Assembly: GCA_030704615.1 (NCBI GenBank)
Contig: CM060734.1
Location: forward strand, 25,606,001 to 25,670,000
From: Takakia lepidozioides
Taxonomy: Eukaryota > Plantae > Bryophyta
DNA length: 64,000 bases
Direction: 5' to 3'
Under the pieces are notes generated by a model. That model was not told the origin of the DNA. It did not search any database and saw only the letters and a program-made list of their open reading frames with translations. Positions 48,342 through 60,300 of the stretch are shown in pieces; the stretch's first letter is position 1, and every line of letters starts with the position of its first letter. The position numbers were made by a program, and so were the translations under genes.

Positions 48342-51330
48342 CTAGAGCTCATCACTATCCTCATCATCCCCATGGGGACTAGATCGCGCCACTTCTTCCG
48401 CCCCCTCATCCCCATGATCATCCGATTGATCATCTGGTAATCTCTCGAAAATTTCGTCTTTTCCTTGTGGAACTGTCCATCTGATTTTTGGCGACTCTTC
48501 GTCTTCACGATCTGCGTTGCTCTCTGATGCGGAATCACATACAAATGCCCGCACTTGTCTTGCTCTCATGGCTGCAACTAACTCTTTTATCCTCTTTTTA
48601 TTCTATCTTGACCTCTCAAGAACCTGCTCTATTCTACTCGATTGTGCAAAGCGTCTAATTGTGGACCTCGCAAGTTTGTCTGCATAAGAAGGAAGGGAAA
48701 AGTCCTTGACGGAGCTTTGTAAGAAGTTTGGCCTGGCAAAAAAAAGGCACATCTGTCCTCCCAACGGAACGATCCGGTCTTGAATTGCGTGGAGAACCCG
48801 GAATCCTATAGGTTAACCAAATATTTAGAACACTGGCATGCACAAAAACCTGTGGGACATAAATTTAGGCATGGGATAGGGAGAGGTGGCTGGAAGCAAA
48901 CAAGAGCAAACTTACAATGCTAGCACTCACTTGTAAACAGGGGTTTCCTCTGCATCTATGTCAACCGTCCCCTCCTCTTCTTCCTCTTCCTCCTCCAAGT
49001 CATCGGTTGTCTTGCCAGGCTCCGCCGACAGTTGTTGCAGCCCTGCGAGGTGGGAGTTATACAAGCCAGTGTCTTCCTCGAAGGAAAATACATGCTTGTC
49101 TGAAAATTGTCCAGCCCATAGTGAGGCACATGTATAAAAAGTGTCGAAGTTAGTATATACACATTGCACTCCACCATTTGTAGAAATTCAAAATAGCATG
49201 AGTTGAGCGATAGTAATAGTACCTGTTCCACAAGTGAGGTCAAGCACTTTGCCCTCCGGAGAGCTACATGTCTCCATTATGGTTTGCATGAAGGCAGGGT
49301 TCCAAGTCTTGGCATAATAGAGAGGCTTGTTATCCATGTCACAAAGGAGGCAGTCCTTGGGAACATTGTTGTTAAGTACGTTGTAATCGATGGGGTCGAC
49401 GGTGGGATCAATCATCACTCCATCTTGGCAGAATTTGAACTTTGAGCCCTCCTTCACAAAATAGAAGGCATAAAAAACTAGAGTCTGCAAACAGGAAGGA
49501 CATAAATAGTGAATGGAGGACATGGAGAAGGAAAATGCGACGCCACATTTCAATCTGCACATACACATGTCAACAAAATTGATGGCAAAGGGAATGATTT
49601 ACGTTGTTGCCCTCCGAATGGAGACCCATTGTATTGATGCATCTCCACTTCTTCATAATAGGGCACGCCACTCTTACGAGTCCACTTTCCGATCCCTGTG
49701 TCAGTGTTCTTGCCTCTGCTAGTAAGGACCACAACACAGTCTTTGTCATCCAGTAGCATCCTTGCTAGCCCAAGCCCTTTTTTCAAGTAGTCCTCGGAAT
49801 AGGTGTTACAGGCGGGCACAGTATCGAGTCCTTCCATTTCTTCTCCATCTGGAATATCCAAAATGATCAAATTATAGACCCTATCCGTCTGTTTTCCACC
49901 CCTCATACTATTTTTCCCCTCACTTGTTGCTACAAAGAAGTCCATCATGGCTATGAATCCTGGAGTGTACGCAGGCTCCTCCATGGTCGCCTCTCTCAAA
50001 GCTTTGCCTTTCAGGCCCTCAAGAAGCTTCGTGTGTGCCATCTTAGCGGCCCTGGTGTACAAGGCGTCCACAAAACTCTCGTTGAAACACTGAATGATGG
50101 TTGACGGGTCCAATGCAGGCCTCTAAGGAGTGTCAATTGCGGCATAGGGGTGCCCCCCCACTTGCGAGAAAAGAGTCTTCTTTGCAGAGCCCCCAAATCT
50201 GACCACTTTCACAATGGGGACAATGGGGGAACGTGCTTGGGCAGTGAGGTGGGCTGGTAGCAAAGTCCCCGTCTTCGTCCTCCTCTTCAGCCTCTGCCTG
50301 TTCCTATTGTTTCTGCTTCTTCGTCTTTTTCGGAGTCACAGCGGGATTATTTTGCATACAGGTTCTCTTCTTCATTCCCTTTTGTTTCTCTTGCACAACC
50401 TAATCCAGCGTCTTCTGTGCAAGAAGGGCACCCTTCCTTGACTTCACAGAGCAATTGCCTCTGCAGGCTACATCGGCCCTAGAGGGGCACGATTCTGCCG
50501 TGCATTGGCATCCACCTGCATCTAAAACTCATTTGGGTCTAGCATTCCCCTTGGTATATCCAAGTACCATGGACAATCGCGAGGATGCTCGGAATGCCAA
50601 TCTTTTGCTATCTCCGCTTTGTACATTGAGTCCGGCTTGGAGTCCTCCAAACGAGGAAAAACGGAGGCTCCTTAGCAAGAGCTAACAACAAGGACAAACT
50701 TGATGTACCTGCAAAACACACCAAAGGCGTCAGCAGGGAAATGCGGTGCTGCATTTCAAGACAGGGAAATATGGACAAAACCTCTCATGATAAAACTGGA
50801 AATGCGGCACTACATTTCCAATTGTGTGACTTATTTTTGCCGGAATAGACATGCATGGTCTCCCTGCAATACCTTACCCTCACCATAAAATGGAAATACG
50901 ATGTCGCATTTCAATGTGCGGCCCAACATTTAAGCAATTATTTGGAACATGAAAATAAGTCACGTGAGTTCTTCTCGATGCTTATCTGTACAAAATACGC
51001 ATAGCAGAGCTCTTTTTTCCTGCCCCCTCCTGTTGTGTGAACTCCATGCTCCTTTGTGCTGTCGGAGCTCCCTAAAGAACAAGTTCTCTTTGAAGTGAAT
51101 TATGAATTGGCTCACATAGTCTTCCATTGTATGTGTTCCATCTGAGGATATCTACAGGTGGAATTGCGTGGTTTGAATCTTCAGCTGATCCTTCACATTG
51201 GCCATTACCCGTGTCCTAATTCAAATGGATGTTATTGTCTTCTACATTCAATAGCGTATAACAAAGCAAAGCTTCAGTCTCGAACAATTACCTGGTTTGC
51301 AAGCAATGACGCTACTGTGTGAGCAAGCCC
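48342..51330 (-). pseudogene. F2: 5'-truncated copy of the E2-type gene (methyltransferase half, no ParB domain)
   Basis: LIILDIPDG (49844-49858), WNPAFMQTIMETCSSPEGKVLDLTCGTG|ASLWAGQFSDKHVFSFE and the acidic tail are colinear with 35465-38200. Decayed E2-type palindromes at ~49530, 50737, 50798 and 50892. Confidence 0.82.
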
Positions 51331-52751
51331 ACGTGAACATGGGAGCCCGCTCACGTGAGCCTGCTCACACGCCTATGGTTTAGTTGTTTGGGTAGTAGGG
51401 AATGGTTTAGTGGTCCGCTATTCCAAGGGCCTACTCCCTTCGATGCTTATATAAGAATGGGGCCTATATGTATGCGACCAAACAGACATACACATTACAA
51501 ATGGTGGTTCAGCCAAGATTCGAAGACATTGGAAACAAATTACTTGCAATGAAATTGGGAAATGACTGGTTTTGGGTAGATGCATGCATGAAGTTAGGAC
51601 AATACAAGAAGTAATCTCCTCAATTAGAGTATCAACGTGCAACATTAAAAAACAAACACAGATTCATTTTCAAAAGATATCAGAATTTTTTTGGCAAAAG
51701 TATTAAAGCTAAAGACTTCATAAGTCCATAAAACCCCCAAGAGCTAACTCATTCAAGAGTACAAACAATGAAAAAATGTTCAATTGTTGCAAATTGATTT
51801 AAATGACAGAGCACACGAGTAGAAACTTAATCCATGAAGAAGGCCCCCATAGGTAGAACTCGATTCACCAATTTCCATAGGAAAACACTGATTTTAGCCC
51901 CCGATCCTTCCGCCAAATATCAGCCCAAACTGGTTTCCAAATCAACGGCGAGTCTAGAGTATGACTCCACTTTGCACACCAAATTCCTATCCATATTGGA
52001 CATCCTCTAGAAGTAAGCAAGGTAAGCTTAGTTTGCCTAGCTTGTTTTTAATTTTTTTAATTTTTTTGGGAAGAGGGGTAATGGAGCCCTGATTAATTTT
52101 ATTCAAAATTTATTTTGGGGAAAAAAATTAAAACCCCGATTAAACCATAAGGCACACACACCGTGATCAGTGTATTAAGAGCCATGCATCCTCCAAAAGG
52201 TGGATTTTCAAGGAACTAAATGAAGGGACAAATCCCAAGAAGGAAGACCACTTAATTTGTAAGTGATCCTCTGCCAAACTTATGGACCATTATAACCAGA
52301 TCATTACCTTTCGTATGCTTTGAAAAAAATTAGATCATTGACCTTCGCTCTTGACCTTTCCTAAATCAGAAAGATCTAAGTGTAATTAAGCCTCGAGGCT
52401 TTGGATGAGGGCTTGATATGTTTCCAGTTGACATCTCGCTCAAACTCCGGCGAAAGTGTGGAGGGGGACTCGAAGGTCGCGCCACGGTGGTGGAGGGAGC
52501 TCGGTCCAGAAGCAACGACGCTACCGCGTGAGCCTGGCGCGTGAGCGTGTGAGCGTACGCTCACACAATGATGACGTGGCGTGAGCCTACGCTCACGCTG
52601 CTGACATGGCGCTAATGCTGACGTGGCGTGAGCCTGGTCCAGGTCATGCCACGTCACCACAAAGAAGGTGGGCCTATAACCGTGGAGCCCCCAACTGCTG
52701 ATTTCACCACATGAAGGTGAAACGGATGAAGGGTTTTGGGCTTCTGGAGTT

Positions 52752-52985
52752 CAACCTTCTGTTAACAGAAGCTTCATTTCGTAGAACTGAAATGAACCTC
52801 GTGTCGACACAAGGGGGATTTGGAGAACTTCAACAAAACCTCGTGTTAACACAAGGTTGTTTTCCTGGAACAAAAATGAACTTCGTGTTGACACGATGTT
52901 GTTTTTTGAGAACTAAAATCATCCTTGTGTCAACACAAGGAGGATTTGGAGAACTTCAAGTAAACCTCGTGTTGAGACGAGGTTG
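52752..52985. repeat. Six palindromes AACCTYGTGTYRACACRAGGTT at an exact 42-bp period
   Basis: Centres 52763, 52805, 52847, 52889, 52931, 52973; an 84-bp higher-order unit. Confidence 0.92.
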
Positions 52986-53147
52986 ATTTGATCATCTGTC
53001 TATCTGAAGGTAGTTTCTTCTGTTTGCTAATGAAAAGAGAATGACAAACCAATGCGACAAATGCATTGACCCACGCATAGCAAATATGTTAGACGTCATA
53101 CATTGAGAGCCACTGGACTTGAACAGTCATTCCATTACAAGTTGTAG

Positions 53148-56100
53148 TCAAGGAAAACACCGATTTTTATGGCTTGTATCCCGCTGTAGAAGTGTGTTGA
53201 CTTCGTTGAAACTCATAGTGGCTTGGTGAATGAAGAAGTCGCGCTTTGGATCACAAACCATCCTTCTCAAGAAGACGAAGTAAAGGTGTTTGCACGGTAT
53301 GAACTTCCCTCTCTTTCCCAAACTACTTGAAAGCATACCAACAAAATCTGGACATGTACAATTGGGAAAATTGGAAACAGTGATTTCGTACGTCCTGTCC
53401 TGCAGCGCAGATGCGGATGAGATCATGGTGAAGACCCGACCATACCCTGGATCAGGCACTTCCATTGTTCCCGCAACACGAGCGTGAAGCATTCTGGCGG
53501 ACTCAATTTTGCCGTAGTGTTCTGCGGTTGGAGGGAATCGTCGAACAAGCTTCCCGTTCCGTCTGGTTGGCCACAAGTGAGCGTCAGGCGGAGGTACCCG
53601 TGAACCGCTTCCACTTGAAGCACCTTCACGTGCAATGGAATGTCTGGCTAGGGAGAAACCCGCCTCTTCCAGCATTGCAATCTCTCGATGAGTGAGACCT
53701 GTGCCCATCTTCACAGGCCACACGGTTGGTGGAGTAGGCTTCCTTACCACGGAAGGCCTCACTGTCCCATGCACACATCCCACAATCGTCAGCGCAGAAC
53801 CAAACTTGTGGTTCTTTGCCTCGCCTTGTCCGTAAGGAGAAACAAACCGTGAATGTAGGAGCTGCAGTGCGTTCTTTCCCTCTGGATATTAATGATGTAC
53901 ATTTTTCATGATTGGTGGCCCGTGATCGCCGCGCATTTCACACGCGATCCAGCACTTGTGCGTTCTATATGCAAACATCGTCCAAGCCCAGACTCGATTA
54001 TATGCGACACCACGTTCTGGTCTTCAACCATTGCAGTGACAGTGCTTGATGCAGGGGTCCGGTCTGGGGCAGAGTAGCCCTCACCTGTGGATGTTCCGCA
54101 ATTCCATCTCTGATCCAAGGGAACACGTGGCGTCGAGAAGTTGACCCTGTCCGCCCTATGGGAATCTGCATCCGATCCCGGAGGGTGTCCAATTTCCGTT
54201 TGCAAGACCCGAATCTCTCTTCGCCTTCCAGATGGGGAACTCTTCCCACGAGAGGGGTGCCATCTGCACATATGCTCACTGCCCGCGCTATTTTGCTAGG
54301 ATCCCCTGATCTTCCAGCTGCCCGCAACATCAACTCGCTCCTGTCCGGACCTTTGCCACCAAGGCCACCCCTCAAGAATGACCTGTATCTGGTTTGCTGC
54401 TGTAGAGAGCACGAATAAGGTCATCGGCCGTCGCTGCATACAAATCTCTCCCTTTTTGCCGGATTGCTGCAACCAGGCATTGTGCACTGTCTCCGCAAGA
54501 TTGCAAGAAGGCATGTCCGCCATCTCCTCAATGGACATATGCTGCAAGGCAAAAAAACACAAAGCCCATATTAGAGTTGGACCCTGAAAGATATATTGGA
54601 AGCACCCAAACAAACTTTTGAATGCAAACCACTCACCGTTGTCATGGCCGCTCCCCACTGTCGGTAACGGAAGTGCCAAAATGCGAACCAGTCTTGCAGT
54701 GCCCTCATGCTGTCCTCCGATGCCGCTCCAGATGAGTACCACCAGGCACGAATTGTCTGGAACAATGTATTCGCTTCCCCCATAGTTTTGGCGTCTTTGT
54801 ACTGTTTGCACAGTTGACGATGCATACTCTGCATATCTGGCTTGATGTACGTCTTTGTGTGTTTGTCGAGGGATTGTGTCCAATGGAAAAGACACGTACG
54901 TTCTCTTCCAGGCATTGGCACTTTTGGATCTCCCGAACACAATGCGGACAGCGTTGAAGTTAGCTTGAGCACTATCGGCCATGAAACCAACGAAATTGGG
55001 AGATGGGAGACCATTGGAGGCCATAACACGAATGAGAGCTTCCCACATGAGCTGCTGTGAATCTGTGTCCTCTGACTGCATGTCACACACTGCAATTGTC
55101 ATGACCCGCTGGTACACAGGGTCGTAAACATGACATGCCATTGTGGTCCAGTCTTTAACTCTCTTGACATGATCGAACATAAGGAAGCAGTTGCCAAGAT
55201 CGCCACCCTTCTGCATACGTTTAACCAGGCTGACCCCGCTGCCCTCACCTTTTGTGGACATTTTGAACAAGAACACTTTCCTGGCTCCTTGTCCCGGGAA
55301 AACGCTGTCTTGGATGTAGTCGTACATGCTCCTTTTCTTCAAATCCATAATATTGTCCATATAACCTCGGCTCCCAGAGCCCATTCTTAAAGCGTTCACC
55401 TGATTCCTAATGTTTGGAGAAGTCAAAGCAGAGAAATGGTCCATAACAGTGTCCAAAGCTGGTCCTTCCAGCATTCCTCCAACCGAATTTGATGCACACA
55501 GAATACGGCTTTCCAGAAAGGACTTGCTCGCCCCCATGGCAATTGCAGATGTGGTGCCAGTTGGATTGGTATCCACTCTTGCCTTATCAGACGAGAGACT
55601 GTGTCAACGCTCTCCTATAATCCCCCTTGGACACAGGGTGGTTGTGAAAACCGAAATGGACACAGGCTCTAGTCAGGTTTTTGAATCGATGCACCACATA
55701 ATACATTCTGGCGCCACACAAAGCAAGGCAGCAAGGTGGTACCCTACAGAACTTGCACACAAAAGTGTTACTGTATGGTGGTGTTACCCCAGGCTTGAAT
55801 GGATTCTCACTGACTCCATCCCATTCGCTTTGGTTTTGCACACCTGACAATGCGAAGTGTCTGCATTTCATTTCTCGCATTTCAGGTGCCCATTACAGAC
55901 TGTTCGCCTGAATATGAGGTTGTCGTTGTTGTGAATATTGGATGTTTTGTGCGGCACCAAGGGTGCCCATCGTGCTTTTTGTCCATTCCTTCCAGGAGAC
56001 TGGAAATCCCCCCACGCGACCAGGAGGAGGCAGCTCAAAAACAGTATTACCATCAAACGATTCCGGCAAGAAATGCCACCCTTTCAATATTGAAAGTGCT

Positions 56101-56653
56101 CCAGTCTATCCCCCAACTCACTCTTGAATCCTGCCATCCCACCCATCGCTTTCAATTTAGGAATGACACTGGAGATCTCCTCCACATCTGGTTCTACATG
56201 TGGACATGGCTGATCCACAGGCGGAATTGCACATGTGTCATCGGAGGATGAGTCCGAAAGGTCAACTACAGTGTTAACGGCAGTCGCCTCCTTCTTCACA
56301 ACCACTGGTGTCTTCTCCTGGGCCACTGATGCTGCCGTGCCAGGAGTTACGAACGATCCTGCAGACTGTCTCAGAGGAGCACTGAGCACCCTGTATCTGC
56401 CTGGAGGCACTCTCCATTGCGTGGTTGGTGCAGTTTGCGATGGTTTCTGGAATGCGTACTTGAGCAGTTTTCCATTGGCATCGTACACTTCCCTCTGAAG
56501 GAATAGACTACCATTTTCCAACCGAAAACTGCGTTGCGAGGACGAGTTCATGAACCACCGCAAAACCATCATCTTCCACCTCGTAAGAAAATGGAACAGG
56601 GTGGTCGTCACTGAAGAAGTCCGCGTCAAGGGAGCCACAGCCTGGGAAGCCAT
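53148..56653 (-). pseudogene. MULE-superfamily transposase of E3
   Basis: TSNIHNNDNLIFRRTVCNGHLKC..CKFC..HFGFHNHP; FLMFDHVKRVKDWTTMACHVY; FVGFMADSAQANF; ERTCLFHW; PSCNLAETVHNAW; CTCPDF..PCKHLYFV. Same intron position as E2. Confidence 0.88.
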
Positions 56654-57398
56654 ATGTCGATGTTGCTACAGAAAGTACAGTTCAAAGTCCGATGGTGCTT
56701 CTGAATGCAGGTTGTGTGAGAGTGGAGTTTTGGCGTCCTCATACACAATTGTTCTCTCAGAATTGCCCCACCAGTGCAATAGCTGACAGATTCACTGACA
56801 GAGCCGCCAATGTCGTTGTCATGTCAGGGAGGCCAGAAGAGATGCCCATTTCCATTAAATTTTGACGGCGACTGCACCGCTGCACAACTGAATATAATTC
56901 TCATTCCTCTGGAACATTCCACCCTAAATTACCCAACAATGAATTTTTTCAGATGAGAGTCGATTACACCCTAACGATTTTTGGATGGATGATGTTTGAA
57001 TGATATCTGCCGTTATACATAGGGTTAGACCCCAACGAATTTTGTAAGGATGATGATTCATTGATCTCCGCCGTTAAACATAGGGGTAGAGATACCCCGA
57101 TTACATTTTTGGAAGGATGATGTTTCAATAATTCCGGCCGTTTTACATAACGACTACATAGACACGTGTTCGCCATGCATGTGGATTGAGTCGGTGGCGC
57201 ACTGAACGGTCCGAGCGAACATCTTGGCGTTGAAGGCCCCGCGATGAACCTCAGATAGTGTTCGTTTTTCCTGAGTAACTCATTTTCTTTGCAACCCTGG
57301 ATTCCGCAGAGACGGTGTCCCTACTTCGAGGGAGAAGCAGGCGTCGAAGAACACTGTATTTCACGTCAAACAAGGAAAGGGCACGCGCTAAGGAGAGG

Positions 57399-60300
57399 AT
57401 GAGAAAGGCGAGACGGGAGCTTAGAATGGGAGAAGAAACCCCGCGAGATGAGGAAGAGGAAGGGCAAAAGAGGATACGGCAACCGCAGTGTGGAGAGGAA
57501 GGTCTTGAAGTGATCCAGGAGGCGACAGACGAGCAACCTGCAATCGAAGGAGGGGATGAGGAGGAAGTAAGTTGGGCTCGGGAGGAAGCAGTGAGTGTAC
57601 AGAACCTGGCCTTCAAAGACCAGGGAGAACAAACGGACGTAGGAACGCGGCCGTCTGCCCCTGTTTCGCACCATCGCGACCTCCTTGGAAGCATGCTACC
57701 TGAAGACCGCATGGAAAAATTGAACGCGAGGAGCATCATCAAGTGCAAAGCAGAAACCCCAGGTAGCTACGAACTTTCTTTTTCTCTCTCTGTTTCTGTC
57801 TTTTTCTCTCTCTGTTTCATGCTAAGCATTGAGGACGACATCAACCTTGCGTCAACGCAAGGTTGAAGTCGACCTCCAAAGTGTATTTGCTGGGCTCAAA
57901 TCAGTGCAGATACTGCACCACAATCTGTACTGTTTCATGCTAAGCATTGAGGTGGACATCAACCTTGCGTCAACGCAAGGTTGAAGTCGACCTCAATGCT
58001 TTTTTGCTGGGCTTTAAACAGTGTAGAAACTGCACTACAATCAAGGTAGAGAGACATGGATGCTTCCGACGCATCATGGATTTCAAAGACGAAGCAGAGA
58101 CAGGAGTCTCCATTTACTGTACATTTTTGCTTTGCTGAACCCCGATAAGACAGCTCGCAATCAACCTTGCGTCAACGCAAGGTTGATCCCAACCTGCATA
58201 TTGTATGTTTAGAGCTTGTAGTGAAACCAACAGAGGCTGCACAGGAATCAACCTTGCGTTGACGCAAGGCTGGTTTTCATGATAGCTTTGCACAATGGAT
58301 GCGTCCGATATCCCACTCTCCTCACTGTAAGGTAGGGAAAGTTCATTCTTCGAGGCTCCCAAAAGAACCCTGCGTCAACGCAAAACATAATTTGGGTCCA
58401 AACGTCTTTCCTGTATGCCTTTCAGTCTAAGTTACTTCCCCATCAAAACCTTGCGTCAAAGCAAGGTTGATGCATGGGAGCTCAATCTCACACTCACAGA
58501 TTATTAATTCTGTGCAGAGGAAGAAAAAAAAAGCCGAGGGGGAAGATTTGGCCGCTTCAGAAGGTGAAGGTGATGAAGAGTCACTGGAGGGACACTATGA
58601 AGACAAGGCCGAGGAGATAATGGGTGGGCAAAAAGTGAACTCGTCGAAGGTGATTCTGTCGATGGAGGTTCCCGGCGGAAACCTGGTCATTCCGCTTTGC
58701 AGGATGATCTCCATGCCCGCTGTTCGACCGGCATTGAGGAATGATATAACAAAGTTGAAGAACGACTTTGTTCACGGCTATGTGAAGGGATCAGCAGTGT
58801 TCTACGTATCCACTATGAACACAAAAGGAGAGGAGTGTCTTGTAACAGAGGACATTGAGCAAAGTTGGGATGAATGCTGGCGGGATGTGAACAGGGAGTT
58901 CGAGTTCAAGCTGTCGAAGAAGACCTCCACAAAAGCATTCATGGGGAAGATGTTTTTTGTCTGGGATGGGAACCACAGACTGCTTGCCTGGATGGATTAC
59001 ATTTCAAGCATGCACTCTGACGACATTGGCACTGGGAGCGTGGGTTCTGGATCACAAAGGGCATGCACACGCAGCTCACAGCATGCACGACATAAATAAG
59101 TAAGTCTCCATCTTTGTGTCTGTTCCTCGTTTCGACAATTAGAAATCATCTTATGAGTTGACGGTTTTTTCCAGGTCCAACGAAACATCTCATGTGACCA
59201 CCAATCTGTGCCACACTCTATTCCGCATCCAGAAGGTAGGGCTGATGCCACTGGAGTCATTCACAAACGTGCTTAGTCCACAGCAGATGAAGAGGTGTGC
59301 TGAGAAGAAGACAAGCACATGGTATAGCTTGACAAGAGAGGCTTTCCTTGACTACATGTACACTGTAAGCTTCTTGACACTACTGCTTGCTTTTGACACT
59401 GCAAGCTTCTTGACACTACCTGTTGTTACTATTTTCTCACAAGTACTGACAGTGTTTCATTCTTTTTACCTGCAATGTATGCAGCAAGAAATAGCAGAAA
59501 CTGGCTTGAAGGCGAAAGCTGAGTACTATGATTCCACACTGAAGAGCAGCGGTCTGCATCTGGGCTTGAGGACACGATGAAGTTCGAGATGAATAATCAA
59601 AGGAAGAATCTCATGAGTGCATTCGACAAACAAATCAGGATAGCAGATCCAGGGCTTGGCACAGAATTTCTGGCAGGTGAAAGTGCACTATGACAAGTTT
59701 GGCTCCAAGCCAGAAATGACTCAGGAGAAACTACATCGCCTTTCCATTTCAATGGTGGACAATGCAACGAAAATCAGGTGGTTGGAGATATGGAACTCGG
59801 ATCCTCTTGTGAGACACGAATATGTTTCCAACTCCAGAGAGAGACCCGAAGACACAAGCAATAAAAGTTGTAAGCGACCAGACATTCGACAGTGGCTACA
59901 AAAGCCACATTTTGGAGCCAGGTAAGGATACCACCAAACCATTTTCAGACATGTGTGTTGCTCCGTAATTCCGCTCCCAACCTCTCCAAAATGTCTTACA
60001 AGCTTTCTTGATGCAGTTAGAAAAACGTGCAGTGGCTGCACTTGCTGAGTCGATGGCAGACTACAAAATCCAGATGGCTTGCCCCCGGATCACACTGGAG
60101 GCCTATATCATCAGGAGGTGGAAGCTCGCTGTCTGGAACAATTGCTTCTTCAGGGAGTTTGAAAAAGACAAAGGAATCTCCAGATCGTACGAGTTCAAAA
60201 ACCAGCTGAACAGCGAGCAAGCAATGAAACGAGTGTTGTACAGGTGTGATCTCCTTACTCAATTGTGGTACTTGAAGGGCATGCATCTGCAATCTTCTGT

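Noticed and set aside
48335-48350. Helitron 3' end (CTAG)
   Set aside because: The CTAG coincides with the stop codon of the F2 gene; there is no convincing hairpin and no Rep/helicase.
28810-51440. One giant element bounded by GCTCAYGTGAGCGG at ~28870 and its inverse at ~51347
   Set aside because: Only ~14 bp of similarity, no target duplication found, and F1 and F2 have incompatible orientation and palindrome types. They may be separate degenerate ends.
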